Of a stretch of 64,000 nt of DNA, positions 51,025-61,324 are shown piece by piece (position 1 is the first letter of the stretch; every line of letters begins with the position of its first letter). The stretch comes from Nitrospirota bacterium (lineage in GTDB: Bacteria; Nitrospirota; JACRHL01). Below the pieces are notes generated by a model that worked only from the letters and a program-made list of their open reading frames with translations, ran no database searches and was not told where the DNA came from. The position numbers and the translations under genes are program-made. The stretch covers positions 321,178 to 385,177 of the forward strand of contig JACRHL010000003.1 of assembly GCA_016212085.1 (NCBI GenBank), read 5' to 3'.

Positions 51025-52352
51025 AGCTCGGGCAGCAGGGCCGTCTTGTTCCGAGTGGCCACGGCGGCCACGGTGGCGGCCCCCGGCGTGGCCGCCGCCT
51101 CCTCCAGGCGCGCGAGGGCGAGGCGCGCCTCATCCCACGCCAGGTCGAAGTCGGCGGATGAGGCCAGGCCGACGGCCTCGGCCACGGGGGTGTAATCCAG
51201 GCTCAACGGATCGATGGCGCGGCCGTCGCGGTAGAGGCCGTAGTGCAGATGGGCGCCCGTGGAGGCGCCGGAGTTGCCCACGTAGCCGATCACCTGCCCC
51301 TGGGTGACGCGGGTGCCCCGGGTGATGCCGTTGGCAAAGCGGGACAGGTGGGCGTAGGCGGTACGGTACACGCCGTTGTGGCGCAGCATGACCAGCCGGC
51401 CGTTGTCGCCCTTCCAGCCGGAGAAGATCACCTCGCCGTCGCCGGCGGCGCGCACCGGGGTGCCGTAGGCGGCCACGAAATCCACCCCGTAGTGGGGCCG
51501 CACGACGCCGTACACCGGGTGGCGGCGCGCGTGACTGAAACGCGACGAGACGTAGCTGTAGTCCACCGGCGCCGGCAACAGGGTGGCGCGCAGCGCACGC
51601 CCGTCCGGGTCGTAGTACTCCCCGTCGAAATAGACGCTCTCGAGCACCCGGCTGCCGGCGTTGATCCGCGCGTAGCGCACGGCGCCATAGTGGTCGAACT
51701 CGCCATCGCGCCACACCGCGTCGGCCAGGATGTGGAACGTGTCGCCGGGGCGGACGTCGCGGTTGAAGTCGATGCGCCAGGCGAACACGTCCTGCATCCG
51801 GCGGATCAACTCGGCGCCGCCGCGCTTGCCGATCAGGCTGGCGAACAGCGAACTGCGCGCGGTGCCGGAAAAGATGGCCTGGCGCGTCTCGTAGCGGATC
51901 TCGGCCTTGTCGGCCACGTAGCCGAACGGGGTGACCGAGATGCGCACCAGGCGCGTGGCGGAGAGATCGATTTCGAGCTGCTTGAACCGGCCGTTCCCGT
52001 CCAGGCGGATGCAATAGCCCTGCCCGGAGCGCACCTGGCTCAGGTTCAGGTAGGGCTTGGCGGCGCGGGCCACCTGGGCCACCGCGCCCTTGTCCAGCCC
52101 GTAGCGGGAGAGCAGGTTGTGGACGCTCTGGCCCTTGCGGATCTGGCCGCGGATGATCTCGTCGGGGCTGGTCACCAGCGCCAACGGTTCCGGGGTGACC
52201 TCGAAAACGGGATAGGCCACGGTGGCCTCCACGTCGCGCACGTGGATGAACATGCCGCCCCAGATCCCGCCGCCGACCGCAAGGGCGGCGACGGCCAACA
52301 GGGAACTCCGGAGCCACCCCTTGCGCGACGTTTGGTTGGCGGACGTGCTCAT
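51021..52352 (-). CDS. M23-family peptidoglycan metalloendopeptidase (MepM/YebA-like)
   Basis: N-terminal TM, OapA/LysM-like region, C-terminal M23 motifs (HYGVDF ... GNSGASTGAHLHYGL). Confidence 0.8.
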   Translation of the reverse strand: MSTSANQTSRKGWLRSSLLAVAALAVGGGIWGGMFIHVRDVEATVAYPVFEVTPEPLALVTSPDEIIRGQIRKGQSVHNLLSRYGLDKGAVAQVARAAKPYLNLSQVRSGQGYCIRLDGNGRFKQLEIDLSATRLVRISVTPFGYVADKAEIRYETRQAIFSGTARSSLFASLIGKRGGAELIRRMQDVFAWRIDFNRDVRPGDTFHILADAVWRDGEFDHYGAVRYARINAGSRVLESVYFDGEYYDPDGRALRATLLPAPVDYSYVSSRFSHARRHPVYGVVRPHYGVDFVAAYGTPVRAAGDGEVIFSGWKGDNGRLVMLRHNGVYRTAYAHLSRFANGITRGTRVTQGQVIGYVGNSGASTGAHLHYGLYRDGRAIDPLSLDYTPVAEAVGLASSADFDLAWDEARLALARLEEAAATPGAATVAAVATRNKTALLPEL

Positions 52353-52521
52353 GCGGCGGTAATCACCTTACCCGGCCGCGACACGGCGCGGCGATCTTCC
52401 CTGATCGGAACGGCAAATTTCGGGGCAAGGCCCGTTTGGACCACGCGTGCGTTCCGAGATATTACAGGCTTCTTCGGCAAATGATCCAATTTTTTTAAGG
52501 GGGAAGGGCGACAAAATAATG

Positions 52522-53535
52522 TCACAGGTGCGTGCGATACCAGTCGATGGCCTTGGCCAGGCCGCCGGCCACGTCGTCCGTCACCCGGTAGCCCAGGCCC
52601 TTCCGGATCTTGCCGATGTCGGCTTGGCTGTGGCGCACGTCGCCGGGGCGCGGCGGGCCGTACACGGGCGAAAGCTCCGCCACCTGGGGCAGGTGCGGGG
52701 CCAGCAACCCGCGCAACTCGCGGTACAGCACGTTGAGGGTGACCCGCTCGCCGCAGGCCACGTTGTAAACCGTGTTGGCGGAGGCCTCCGGCGCGGTGGC
52801 CGCCAGCAGGTTGGCCTGCACCACGTTGTCGATGTAGGTGAAATCCCGCGACTGCTCGCCATCGCCATGGATGGTGGGCGCCTGCCCCTTGAGCAGGGCC
52901 GACACGAACAGCGGCATCACCGCCGCGTAGGCGGAGTCCGGGTCCTGACGGCGGCCGAACACGTTGAAGTAGCGCAGCCCCACCGTGGACAGGCCGTAGC
53001 AGGTGGCGAACACCTGGGCGTACAGCTCGTTCACATGCTTGGTGACCGCATAGGGCGACAGGGGCCGGCCGATGCGCTCCTCCACCTTGGGCAGGGTGGG
53101 CTCGTCGCCATAGGTTGCGGACGATGCGGCGTACACCACCCGCTTCACCCCCGCGTCACGCGCCGCCACGAACACGTTGAGGGTGCCGCCCACGTTCACC
53201 TGGTCGCTGGTGATGGGGTCCTCGATGGAGCGCGGCACCGAGCCCAGCGCCGCCTGGTGCAGCACATAGTCGATGCCGTCCATGGCCGCCCGGCAGGTGT
53301 CCAGGTTGCGGATGTCGCCGAGGATGAACTCGTAGCCGGCGCCGGCGCCGGGCAGCGCCGCCAGCTCGTCCAGGTTTTCCTGCTTGCCGGTGGACATGTC
53401 GTCCAGCCCGCGCACGAAAAAACCATCCAGCACCAGGGCCTCCACCAGGGCGGAGCCGATGAAGCCGGCGGAACCGGTCACCAGGAAGCGGCTGCCCCTG
53501 GGAACGCGCACCCAATCGGGAATGAACGACGGCAT
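52522..53535 (-). CDS. NAD-dependent sugar-nucleotide epimerase (UDP-GlcNAc/Glc 4-epimerase family)
   Basis: Rossmann [10 protein letters not shown], catalytic YxxxK (YAVTKHV); perfect AGGAGG RBS before ATG 53535. Confidence 0.85.
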   Translation of the reverse strand: MPSFIPDWVRVPRGSRFLVTGSAGFIGSALVEALVLDGFFVRGLDDMSTGKQENLDELAALPGAGAGYEFILGDIRNLDTCRAAMDGIDYVLHQAALGSVPRSIEDPITSDQVNVGGTLNVFVAARDAGVKRVVYAASSATYGDEPTLPKVEERIGRPLSPYAVTKHVNELYAQVFATCYGLSTVGLRYFNVFGRRQDPDSAYAAVMPLFVSALLKGQAPTIHGDGEQSRDFTYIDNVVQANLLAATAPEASANTVYNVACGERVTLNVLYRELRGLLAPHLPQVAELSPVYGPPRPGDVRHSQADIGKIRKGLGYRVTDDVAGGLAKAIDWYRTHL

Positions 53536-53645
53536 CTTGTCCTCCTTGACTTCCACCCCCACGGGGTTACCCACGTGCCACGCGCGCCGGCGCGCCGACG
53601 CACACCAACCACCGGGGCGGTGCGCCTCTTATCGGCGGCCCCGCG

Positions 53646-54641
53646 TCAATTCCCAAAGGGCACGATGCCCATGGCGTCGTACACCTCGTCCAGGGTGGCG
53701 CGGGCCACCTGCTGGGCGCGCCTGGAGCCCTCGATCAGCACCGCCTCCACCGCCGCGTTGTCCCGTGCGATGGCCTGGCGCCGCTCGTGGATGGGCGTGA
53801 AGGTGATGTCCAGGAAGGCGTTCAGGCGCTTCTTGCAGTCGATGCAGCCGATCCCGGCGCCGCGGCAGCCGGCCGCCATCTCGTCCCGCGTGGCGCGGTC
53901 GGAAAACACCTTGTGCAGGTCGAACACGGGGCACACGTCCGGGTTGCCCGGGTCGGTTCGGCGCACCCGCGCCGGGTCGGTGACCATGGTGCGCACCTTG
54001 TCCCAGCGCTGGGCCGGCGAGTCGGACAGGAACACCGCGTTGCCGTACGACTTGCTCATCTTGCGCCCGTCCAGGCCGGGCAGCTTGGGGGCCTCGGTGA
54101 GGGGCGTCTCCGGGATCGGGAACACCTCGCGGTACAGGTGGTTGAAACGCCGGGCGATCTCCCGCGTCAGCTCCACGTGGGGCAACTGATCGACGCCCAC
54201 CGGCACCGCCTGCGGCTTGTAGATGAGGATGTCCGCCGCCTGGAGCACCGGGTAGCCCAGGAAGCCGTAGGTGGTCAGGTCGCGGTCGGCGATGTTGGCC
54301 TGCTGGTCCTTGTAGGTGGGGTTGCGCTCCAGCCACGCGAGCGGCGTGATCATCGAGAACAGCACGTGCAGCACCGCGTGCTCCGGCACCCGCGACTGCT
54401 GGAAGATGACGCACCGTTCGGGGTCGAGGCCGGCGGCCATCCAGTCCACCAGCATCTCGCGGCAATAGTCGCGGATGGGCGCGGTGTTCTCGTAATTGGT
54501 GGACAGGGCGTGCCAGTCCGCCACGAAAAAATAGGCGTCATAGCTGTCCTGGAATTTCACCCAGTTGGCCAGGGCGCCCATGTAGTTGCCCAGGTGCAGC
54601 CGGCCACTGGGCTGCATGCCGCTAAGCGTTCGTTTCCTCAC
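53646..54641 (-). CDS. trpS: tryptophan--tRNA ligase
   Basis: Class-I HIGH (LHLGNYMGA) and KMSKS motifs; colinear with remembered TrpS; GTG start with GGAAG RBS. Confidence 0.9.
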   Translation of the reverse strand: MRKRTLSGMQPSGRLHLGNYMGALANWVKFQDSYDAYFFVADWHALSTNYENTAPIRDYCREMLVDWMAAGLDPERCVIFQQSRVPEHAVLHVLFSMITPLAWLERNPTYKDQQANIADRDLTTYGFLGYPVLQAADILIYKPQAVPVGVDQLPHVELTREIARRFNHLYREVFPIPETPLTEAPKLPGLDGRKMSKSYGNAVFLSDSPAQRWDKVRTMVTDPARVRRTDPGNPDVCPVFDLHKVFSDRATRDEMAAGCRGAGIGCIDCKKRLNAFLDITFTPIHERRQAIARDNAAVEAVLIEGSRRAQQVARATLDEVYDAMGIVPFGN

Positions 54642-55027
54642 CGGTGTGCTTCCTCAACTGTATCCCTGGCGGCCGGGGCCCCATCACCCGCCCGTCGCCA
54701 CCCCGATCCCGAAAATTTTCGTGTATTATTACACGTTCCCGGAACGATTCCCCAACCCGTGCCGTTGGGGAGATGCATGCCGCGCGCCCGGCCGGACTCG
54801 GACAACGGAATGTCCGATCCGGCGCCGGCGCCGTTCAAGATTGCACGGTCGGCGCCCGTATTCGCGACGGGCGGCGGGCCCGCCGCCCGCGCTGCGCGGC
54901 CGGTCCGGCACCTCGCCGGACCCCGAACCGGGGTGGCATCCCCATTGCTATAACACTGCACCCGGTTCCCGGCCGGCCAGGATGGCCACCAGGGAATCCC
55001 TTCTCAAGGAAACGCCGCAAGGACGCC

Positions 55028-57121
55028 ATGCCGCCGCTTCACGCCACATCCTTCCCCGTCGTCGGCCCTCCATCACGGGCACGGAGGGGGGTGTATTTTT
55101 TTCCGGCGGGTGGCGGCATTTTGGCATTGCTGCTGATCCTATTGTTGCCGGCGCCCCTGTGGGCCGCCTCCATCAGCCTGACCTGGAGCCCCAATCCGGA
55201 GCCGGACCTGGGCGGCTACATCGCCTCGTACGGTATCGCGAAGGGCAGCTACACGGCCCACCAGGATTTTGGCGGCGCCACCCAGGGCAGCCTGAACGGG
55301 CTGACGCCGGGGCAGACCTATTACGTCGCCCTCAAGGCCTACGACCAGAACGGCAACCAGAGTGCCTATTCGGACGAGATCCGGCTCACCGCGCCACTGG
55401 TGGATGACACGCCGCCCACCCTGGTGACGGTGACCACCCCCAACCCCACCACCGTGCTGGTCACCTTCTCCGAGCCGGTGGACCCGTTGCTGGCGGCGGA
55501 CCCGGCCCACTACCTCATCGACGGCATCGTGCAGCCGGTCTCGGCGGTGCCGGGGGCGGACGGCCTCACGGTGCGGCTGACCACCTTCGTGCAGTTGCAC
55601 GGCCAATCCCATGCGGTTCAGGTTAACGGCGTGGCGGACGCGGCCGGCAACCCCATCGTGACCATAAGCCGCGCCTACACGGTGGACCTGGGGCTGAGCG
55701 TGACCGTTTCGGCCCCGGCGGGCCATGCGGTGGCGCCGCTGCTCGCCGGCACCTCCCTGTATGGCGATGCGGACGTGCCGGTGGCCGATGTGGCGCCGGA
55801 ACTCACCGGGGCCATGCTGGTGCAAACCCTTCAGGCGGACCGGGCCGGCACCGGCACCGACCTCCTGCACCTGTCCGTGGACCGGGACGCCCTGCTGTTC
55901 GTGGCCTACGACCCCCTGGCCGCCACCCCGCCGGACTGGCTCACCGGCGCCTTCGTCCCGGCGGGGGCGGGGCCGGCGGGCGCCGGCGGCGCGCCGCTGG
56001 CCCTGTGGGCGCGCAACATCCCTGCGGGCGGCATCATGCTGGGCGGCAACGGCGGCCCCGGCGCCGTGAACCCCGGCGATCAGTACGCCGTGCTGGCACT
56101 GCCCATGGGCACGGAAACCACCCCCTGGGACGCGGACGGCGACACCATGCCGGACACCTGGGAGCAGACCGTCGGGCTGGACCCCGCGCGCTTCGACGCC
56201 CATGCGGACGCCAACGGCGACGGCCTCACGAACCTCCAGGCCATGTGGCTGGGAGCCGACCCGCTGGCGTCCCCCGCCGGCCCGGCCCCGGCGGGCAACC
56301 GCGCCCCGCTGGCGCTGCTGGACGACACGGTGGTGGCCACCGCCGGCCAGCCGCTGACCCTGGACGGCGGCGCCAGCGCCGACCCGGATGGCAACCCCCT
56401 GTCCTTCGGCTGGGCGCAGGCCGCCGGAACCGCCGTGGACCTGACCGGGCAGGGCACGGCCACCGCCACCTTCACGCCCGCCGCCGCCGGACTGTACATA
56501 TTCCGCCTGACCGTGTCCGACGGCCACGCGGCGGGCGCCACCACCGTGTACGTGGAGGTCTACGACAGCGTCGTCACCAGCCTGCCCGCGGCCACCGAGG
56601 GCTCCCTGGCCGTCACCCAGGGCACGCTGGCGGGTGCCGCCCTGGACCTGTTCCCGGGCGCCCTGGACAAGCCGCGCCAGATCGCCATCGGCGAACGGGC
56701 GCTGCCGGCGCCCCTGCCCGCCGGGCACGAGGCGGCGGGGCCGGTGCTGCACTTCTCCCCCTCCGGCGTGACGCTGCTGACGGCGGGCGTGGTGCAGGTG
56801 CCATACGCCCCGCCCGGGGACGCGGAACCGCTGGACACGGTGCGGGTACTCATGTGGTACGACCCCGCCCTGGGCGCCTGGACGGAACTGGCCGGCGCCG
56901 CGCAGGACGCCGACACGCTGGATGCGGCGGTGGACCGCCTGGGCACCTTCGTGGTGAGCAAGACCCGGCTCACCACGTCCGGGGCCGGGGGGGGGTGCAG
57001 CGTGCTGGCCACGGCCCCGACGGGCCCGGCGGACGCGGCCCCCCTGTTGCTGCTGCTGGCGCTGATCGCCTTGCGCTGGATATGGCACCGGGCGCGCCGC
57101 CTGGCCGCCCGCCAACCCTGA
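55028..57121 (+). CDS. secreted multidomain protein (FN3, Ig-like, Ca-binding DxDxDG repeats, PKD) with C-terminal Cys/Gly-hydrophobic-Arg anchor
   Basis: Signal peptide; FN3-like [30 protein letters not shown] repeats, PKD-like block; C-terminus [41 protein letters not shown]. Confidence 0.7.
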   Translation: MPPLHATSFPVVGPPSRARRGVYFFPAGGGILALLLILLLPAPLWAASISLTWSPNPEPDLGGYIASYGIAKGSYTAHQDFGGATQGSLNGLTPGQTYYVALKAYDQNGNQSAYSDEIRLTAPLVDDTPPTLVTVTTPNPTTVLVTFSEPVDPLLAADPAHYLIDGIVQPVSAVPGADGLTVRLTTFVQLHGQSHAVQVNGVADAAGNPIVTISRAYTVDLGLSVTVSAPAGHAVAPLLAGTSLYGDADVPVADVAPELTGAMLVQTLQADRAGTGTDLLHLSVDRDALLFVAYDPLAATPPDWLTGAFVPAGAGPAGAGGAPLALWARNIPAGGIMLGGNGGPGAVNPGDQYAVLALPMGTETTPWDADGDTMPDTWEQTVGLDPARFDAHADANGDGLTNLQAMWLGADPLASPAGPAPAGNRAPLALLDDTVVATAGQPLTLDGGASADPDGNPLSFGWAQAAGTAVDLTGQGTATATFTPAAAGLYIFRLTVSDGHAAGATTVYVEVYDSVVTSLPAATEGSLAVTQGTLAGAALDLFPGALDKPRQIAIGERALPAPLPAGHEAAGPVLHFSPSGVTLLTAGVVQVPYAPPGDAEPLDTVRVLMWYDPALGAWTELAGAAQDADTLDAAVDRLGTFVVSKTRLTTSGAGGGCSVLATAPTGPADAAPLLLLLALIALRWIWHRARRLAARQP

Positions 57122-57173
57122 CCCGCCGCCCGGCCCGCCGCGCCATCGCCCGACGGCGCGTTTCAACCGCCCG

Positions 57174-57611
57174 CTAGAACTTGTGCTTGGTGATGGCGCG
57201 GTACAGCACCAGGAGCAGGAAGAAGGTCATCACCACCACCTCGATGCCGAGGATGAAGTAGCTCATCTTCTTGTCCCGGCGGTGGCGCTCCGCGTCCAGG
57301 TCGCCCGGCTGGTTGGGGGGCGGCTTGACCGGGCCGGCCTGGCGCGCCCGCTCCTGGGTGGCGCCCCGGCCCACGGAAACCCAGCGCACCCGGTCGTACT
57401 CGCCCTTGCTGACGGGGTCCCTCAGCACCGCGTAGGCGCGGTTGATCTCCTTGCAACGCTCCGTGGCCCACTCCTTGTCCGGGTGCAGGTCGGGGTGGCA
57501 CGTCTTGGCCAGGCGCTTGTGGGCCCGGGCGATGTCGTCCGCGCTGGCGCCGGGGGACAGGTCGAACAGGACATAGTAGTCGTTGTTCGGATCGTAGTGG
57601 ATCTCGCTCAC
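57174..57611 (-). CDS. J-domain (DnaJ-like) protein with C-terminal transmembrane helix
   Basis: DYYVLFDL...CHPDLHPDK...INRAYAVLRD (HPD motif), C-terminal TM YFILGIEVVVMTFFLLLVLY; GTG start with ggaaagg RBS; 26 nt downstream of VWA gene. Confidence 0.65.
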   Translation of the reverse strand: MSEIHYDPNNDYYVLFDLSPGASADDIARAHKRLAKTCHPDLHPDKEWATERCKEINRAYAVLRDPVSKGEYDRVRWVSVGRGATQERARQAGPVKPPPNQPGDLDAERHRRDKKMSYFILGIEVVVMTFFLLLVLYRAITKHKF

Positions 57612-57636
57612 GCGGGCCCTTTCCGGCAAAGCCGCC

Positions 57637-58827
57637 TCAGCCCATGCCGCCGGCGGTGAGCAGGGGGATCTTCTTGGCGTCGGAGAGCGCCTCGAACTCC
57701 GACTCCAGCACCCGCACCTCGGCCACCGGGGTGAACTTGCCGCCGGTGACCTCGGCGATGCGCCTGAGCAGCGGCTCGTCATAGCTGACCCGGTTGCGGG
57801 CGTCCTCGCGGCCCACGCCGATGGTATCGATCACCACGCCCATCATCTTGGCCTTGAAGGCCAGCTCCAGCACCAGGTCGCTGCCGGTGGTGGTGGGGCA
57901 GCCGTCGGAGAGCAGAATGGCGCGGCGCAGGCCGCCGGCGTCCGCCAGCAGCTCCAGCGTGTATTCCAGCCCCTCGAACATGGCGGTGCGGCCATAGGGG
58001 GAGAGGCGTCCGGCACGGGCACGCAGGCGCGGGAAGTCGTCGGACGGCTCGCACACCAGTTCGCACGCCTCGCCAAACGTGACCAGCCCCACCAGGTCGT
58101 GCTCGCGGGCCCGCGCCTTGCTTTGCAGCAACCGGTCGATGGCCTCGCGGGTGGCCCGCATCTTACTGGCGCGGAAACCCAGCGCCTCGTCCATGCTGCC
58201 GGATGCGTCGATGAGCAGCACCAGGGTTTCGTAGGGGACGATCTCGATCAGGTCGCCGATGGCCACCTGGAGCATGCCGCGCGCCATGGGGTTGAGGCGC
58301 GCCACCGCCTCGTCCCCATGGGCACCGGCCTCCACCCGGGCCGGCACCTGGGTGACGCCCGCCTTGATGTTCACGTAGTCGCCCACGGACAGGCCCAGGT
58401 TGTCGCGCATGCGGTGCGACAGGCGCACCAGCGGCTCCGCGTCGTGCTCGTCGCCCTTGATGGCGGACGCCACCTCGAGGGGGATCGCCGAGCTGGAGAT
58501 GGGGGTGGTGTTGATGAACGCCTGCACCGTGTGGCCCAGTTCCGCCCCGAGCAGGATGCGGGCGCGGGGATTGAGGCGGATCAGGTCCTTGCCATCGTCG
58601 GTGCGGGCCGAGATCGCCACCCGGCAGTTGACCGAGCGGCCGCCGTAACTCACCTTGAGCACGCTCCCCGCCACCACGTTCAAGCGCTTGCGCAACGATT
58701 CACACAGCCGGGCCTTGGGGATGCGGTCATCCGCGTCCTCGCGGAATCCCGCCGCGACCGTCAGCGCTGCCTCGGGCGGCGCGAGCGCGCTCCCCCGCCG
58801 GCCGGAAAACACCTGCAGAAATTTCAT
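57637..58827 (-). CDS. VWA-domain protein with two N-terminal Cdc48-N/AbrB-like beta-barrel domains
   Basis: MIDAS DASGSM ... SDG ... DTIGVG in C-terminal half; tandem N-terminal repeats (RLNPRARILLGAELGHTV / RLNPMARGMLQVAIGDLI); GGAG RBS. Confidence 0.75.
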   Translation of the reverse strand: MKFLQVFSGRRGSALAPPEAALTVAAGFREDADDRIPKARLCESLRKRLNVVAGSVLKVSYGGRSVNCRVAISARTDDGKDLIRLNPRARILLGAELGHTVQAFINTTPISSSAIPLEVASAIKGDEHDAEPLVRLSHRMRDNLGLSVGDYVNIKAGVTQVPARVEAGAHGDEAVARLNPMARGMLQVAIGDLIEIVPYETLVLLIDASGSMDEALGFRASKMRATREAIDRLLQSKARAREHDLVGLVTFGEACELVCEPSDDFPRLRARAGRLSPYGRTAMFEGLEYTLELLADAGGLRRAILLSDGCPTTTGSDLVLELAFKAKMMGVVIDTIGVGREDARNRVSYDEPLLRRIAEVTGGKFTPVAEVRVLESEFEALSDAKKIPLLTAGGMG

Positions 58828-59107
58828 GGGCGCTCCACTCGGGCGATGTATGCCCGATTTTAGGGATTGCCGCGTAAGGAGTCAAAACCCCCCGTCCACC
58901 CCGGCCGCCGGCGGGGGGCGATCCCGGGGAAATTGTTTTCCCCGGCGGGGGAACGCCACTTCCCATCGGGATGCGGGCCGGCGGCCGGGGCCGGGGGATA
59001 AAGGTCATAAAATGGTGTTTTTCAAGGCGTTTTTATCCGCGCCTGGAACGGCCCGGTGCTTGCTTCCCTCCATTGTAAACAATGTGTCCCCAAGAGATCG
59101 GTTGCAT

Positions 59108-59380
59108 ATGATGCGTTTGTCGTTGTTGCCCGGCACCCGTCCGCGGGACGGGAGGGGCCAGTCACCCGTGCGGCCCTGCCCTCGATCCCCCCTGCCGCCC
59201 ACCGTGCGGAAGGCGCTTGCCATCACCGCCCTGGCCGCCGCCGCGGCCCTTGGCACCGTGGCCCTGCCGCTGGCCATGAACCAGGGGGTGCCGCCGGCGC
59301 CGTCCTCGGCCTATCGGGACGCGGCGCCCGGCCAGCATACGGTGGTCCTGCACGCGGACGGCACCCTGTCCGTCTGGTAA
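59108..59380 (+). CDS. hypothetical small secreted/membrane protein
   Basis: 90-aa ORF with central hydrophobic segment (ITALAAAAALGTVALPL); no family recognised; weak support. Confidence 0.25.
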   Translation: MMRLSLLPGTRPRDGRGQSPVRPCPRSPLPPTVRKALAITALAAAAALGTVALPLAMNQGVPPAPSSAYRDAAPGQHTVVLHADGTLSVW

Positions 59381-59488
59381 CCCGGCCCCGGGCCCGCCGG
59401 CCGGCCCGCATCCCGGCTCCCCTCGCATTACGGGCCGCCGTTCGCCGATAATGGGTCGACGGCGTCCTGCCGCCGGTTTGGAGTTCCC

Positions 59489-60112
59489 ATGCGCGACGAC
59501 CCCTTTGCCCCACCTCCCGGCCACCGTCCGGCGCCGTTCACGCCGGCGGGCCTGTACCTGCCCCCCGGCGCCCCTCCGGCGGGACGGGCCGCCGTGGCGC
59601 CGCGCCGTCCGCCCGGCGACGCGGGCTACCCGTTCGATCCGGTGCGGGACACGGCGGTGCCGCGCCCGGCCGGCTTCTTCCGGCGCGCCCTGGCCTTCAT
59701 GGCCGACCTGCTGGTGGTGGAATTCATGGCGGTCATGCTGGGCAGCGTGGCCACCATGGGGCAACTGCTGTCCGGCGACGGGGTGGTGGTGGCGGAGAGC
59801 GCGCAGGAAACCTCGGTGATGTTCGCCGCCCAGGCGTTTCCGCTGCTCGGGTTCTGCTACTTCTTCTTTTTCACCGCCTACGGCGGCCGCACCCCCGGCA
59901 AGATGCTGCTGGGGATGCGCGTGGCCACCGTCGATGGCGAGGCCCCCGGCTGGCGGCGCTCCCTGGCGCGCACCCTGTGCTACCTGCTGTCGGTGCTCAC
60001 CTGGGGCATCGGCTTCCTGCTGGCCATGGGCCCCGCCAAGCGCGCGCTGCACGACCGGCTGACCGGCACCCGGGTGGTGCTCACCACCCCGCCCGCGGCG
60101 GCGCCCGGATGA
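59489..60112 (+). CDS. RDD-family membrane protein
   Basis: Pro-rich N-terminus then RDD-type TM core (FFRRALAFMADLLVV ... GRTPGKMLLGMRV); GGAG RBS. Confidence 0.75.
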   Translation: MRDDPFAPPPGHRPAPFTPAGLYLPPGAPPAGRAAVAPRRPPGDAGYPFDPVRDTAVPRPAGFFRRALAFMADLLVVEFMAVMLGSVATMGQLLSGDGVVVAESAQETSVMFAAQAFPLLGFCYFFFFTAYGGRTPGKMLLGMRVATVDGEAPGWRRSLARTLCYLLSVLTWGIGFLLAMGPAKRALHDRLTGTRVVLTTPPAAAPG

Positions 60113-60723
60113 CGCGCCGCGCCGCCGCGCTGCTGCCGGTGGCGCTGCTGCTTGTGCTGGGCGGCGTCGCGTCGGCGATGGAGTGGTTCGACGCCCTGCT
60201 GGCGCGCGTCAACGGCAATCCGTTGCTGCTCAGCGAGGTGAGCGCCGGCGAGGTGCTGTTCCGCTCCGGCAGGCCGGTGCCGGAGCTTTCCCCGGAAGCG
60301 CGCGCGGCCGCCCTGGACCACGCCATCGACCGCCGCCTGCTGCTGGCCGAGGCGGAGCGCTTCGGCGTGGCGCGGCCGCCCGACGCGGCGGTGGCCGACG
60401 GGCTGCGCCAGATCACCCCGCGCCTGGACGGTAACGGCTGGTGGCTGGACCGGGAGACCATCGCGGCCGCCGTGCACGACCAGTTGTGGGTGGATGCGTT
60501 CATCGCCGCCCGCATCCGCGCCTTCGTCCTGATCCGTGACGACGCGGTCACCCGCGAGGTGGCGAAGCAGAACGGGCCGCTCCCCGGCGAAACCGGCCAG
60601 GAAGCGATGGCGCGGGTGCGGCATGATCTGGAGGAACGGGAGACCGCCGTGCGTCTGGCGCGCTATCTGGAGCGGCTGCGCTCCCGCGCGGAGATCCGCC
60701 GCTACCCCGTCGACCTGCCCTGA
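60109..60723 (+). CDS. SurA N-terminal-domain-like periplasmic chaperone protein
   Basis: Signal peptide; VNGNPLLLSEV ... helical chaperone-like region; ATGA overlap with RDD gene. Confidence 0.55.
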   Translation: MTRRAAALLPVALLLVLGGVASAMEWFDALLARVNGNPLLLSEVSAGEVLFRSGRPVPELSPEARAAALDHAIDRRLLLAEAERFGVARPPDAAVADGLRQITPRLDGNGWWLDRETIAAAVHDQLWVDAFIAARIRAFVLIRDDAVTREVAKQNGPLPGETGQEAMARVRHDLEERETAVRLARYLERLRSRAEIRRYPVDLP

Positions 60724-60741
60724 CCCGCCGGGCGGCGAACG

Positions 60742-61158
60742 CTACACGCAGTCCCAGAACAGGGCGTTGGTGTGCCCGGAATCCGACTCGCCGGTGTTCC
60801 GGTACAGCAGGAAGTGGAGCACCTCGTGCTTCCACACATAGGGGCTGCCCAGCTTGATGGTGTTGGGCGTGACGAACTCGCCGCTGCATCCGGCCTCGTA
60901 CCAGCGGCACGGGAACTGGGGCTGCATCATCACCACGGTAAGCTCCTCGTACAGGCCTTCCGTAAAGCCGGTGCAGGCCTTCGTCTCGTTGAAGCTGGTT
61001 TCCAGGTATTCGGCCAGGGTGGCGTCGGTAAACAGGCCCGGGGGGTTGGCCTTGGGCATGCCGCCGCCGGTCAGATCCGCGCCACCACAACTCGCCAGTA
61101 TCAGCAGACCGGCCGCCGCCAGGCAGGCGCGCAACCAGATCCGGAGTATTCCGGGCAT
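60742..61158 (-). CDS. hypothetical Cys-containing lipoprotein
   Basis: Lipobox LLILASCGG; 138 aa with 5 further Cys; GAGGAA RBS. Confidence 0.55.
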   Translation of the reverse strand: MPGILRIWLRACLAAAGLLILASCGGADLTGGGMPKANPPGLFTDATLAEYLETSFNETKACTGFTEGLYEELTVVMMQPQFPCRWYEAGCSGEFVTPNTIKLGSPYVWKHEVLHFLLYRNTGESDSGHTNALFWDCV

Positions 61159-61324
61159 GCGATTCCTCAATCCGAGCACCACGGGATAGTGTCATTTTTT
61201 TGTCGGTTTCCGGGCCGGATTCCTTAACCTCCTTTTTTGCGGGACGGCATCCGCCACTCCCCTGTGGACCGTCCCGGCGGTCCCTGCTAACCTGAACGGA
61301 TCGACCAGTCAGTCAGGACCCGCC

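Noticed and set aside
55139-57166. 675-aa ORF on the minus strand
   Set aside because: Antisense to the FN3/PKD protein gene, which has clear domain periodicity and a signal peptide.
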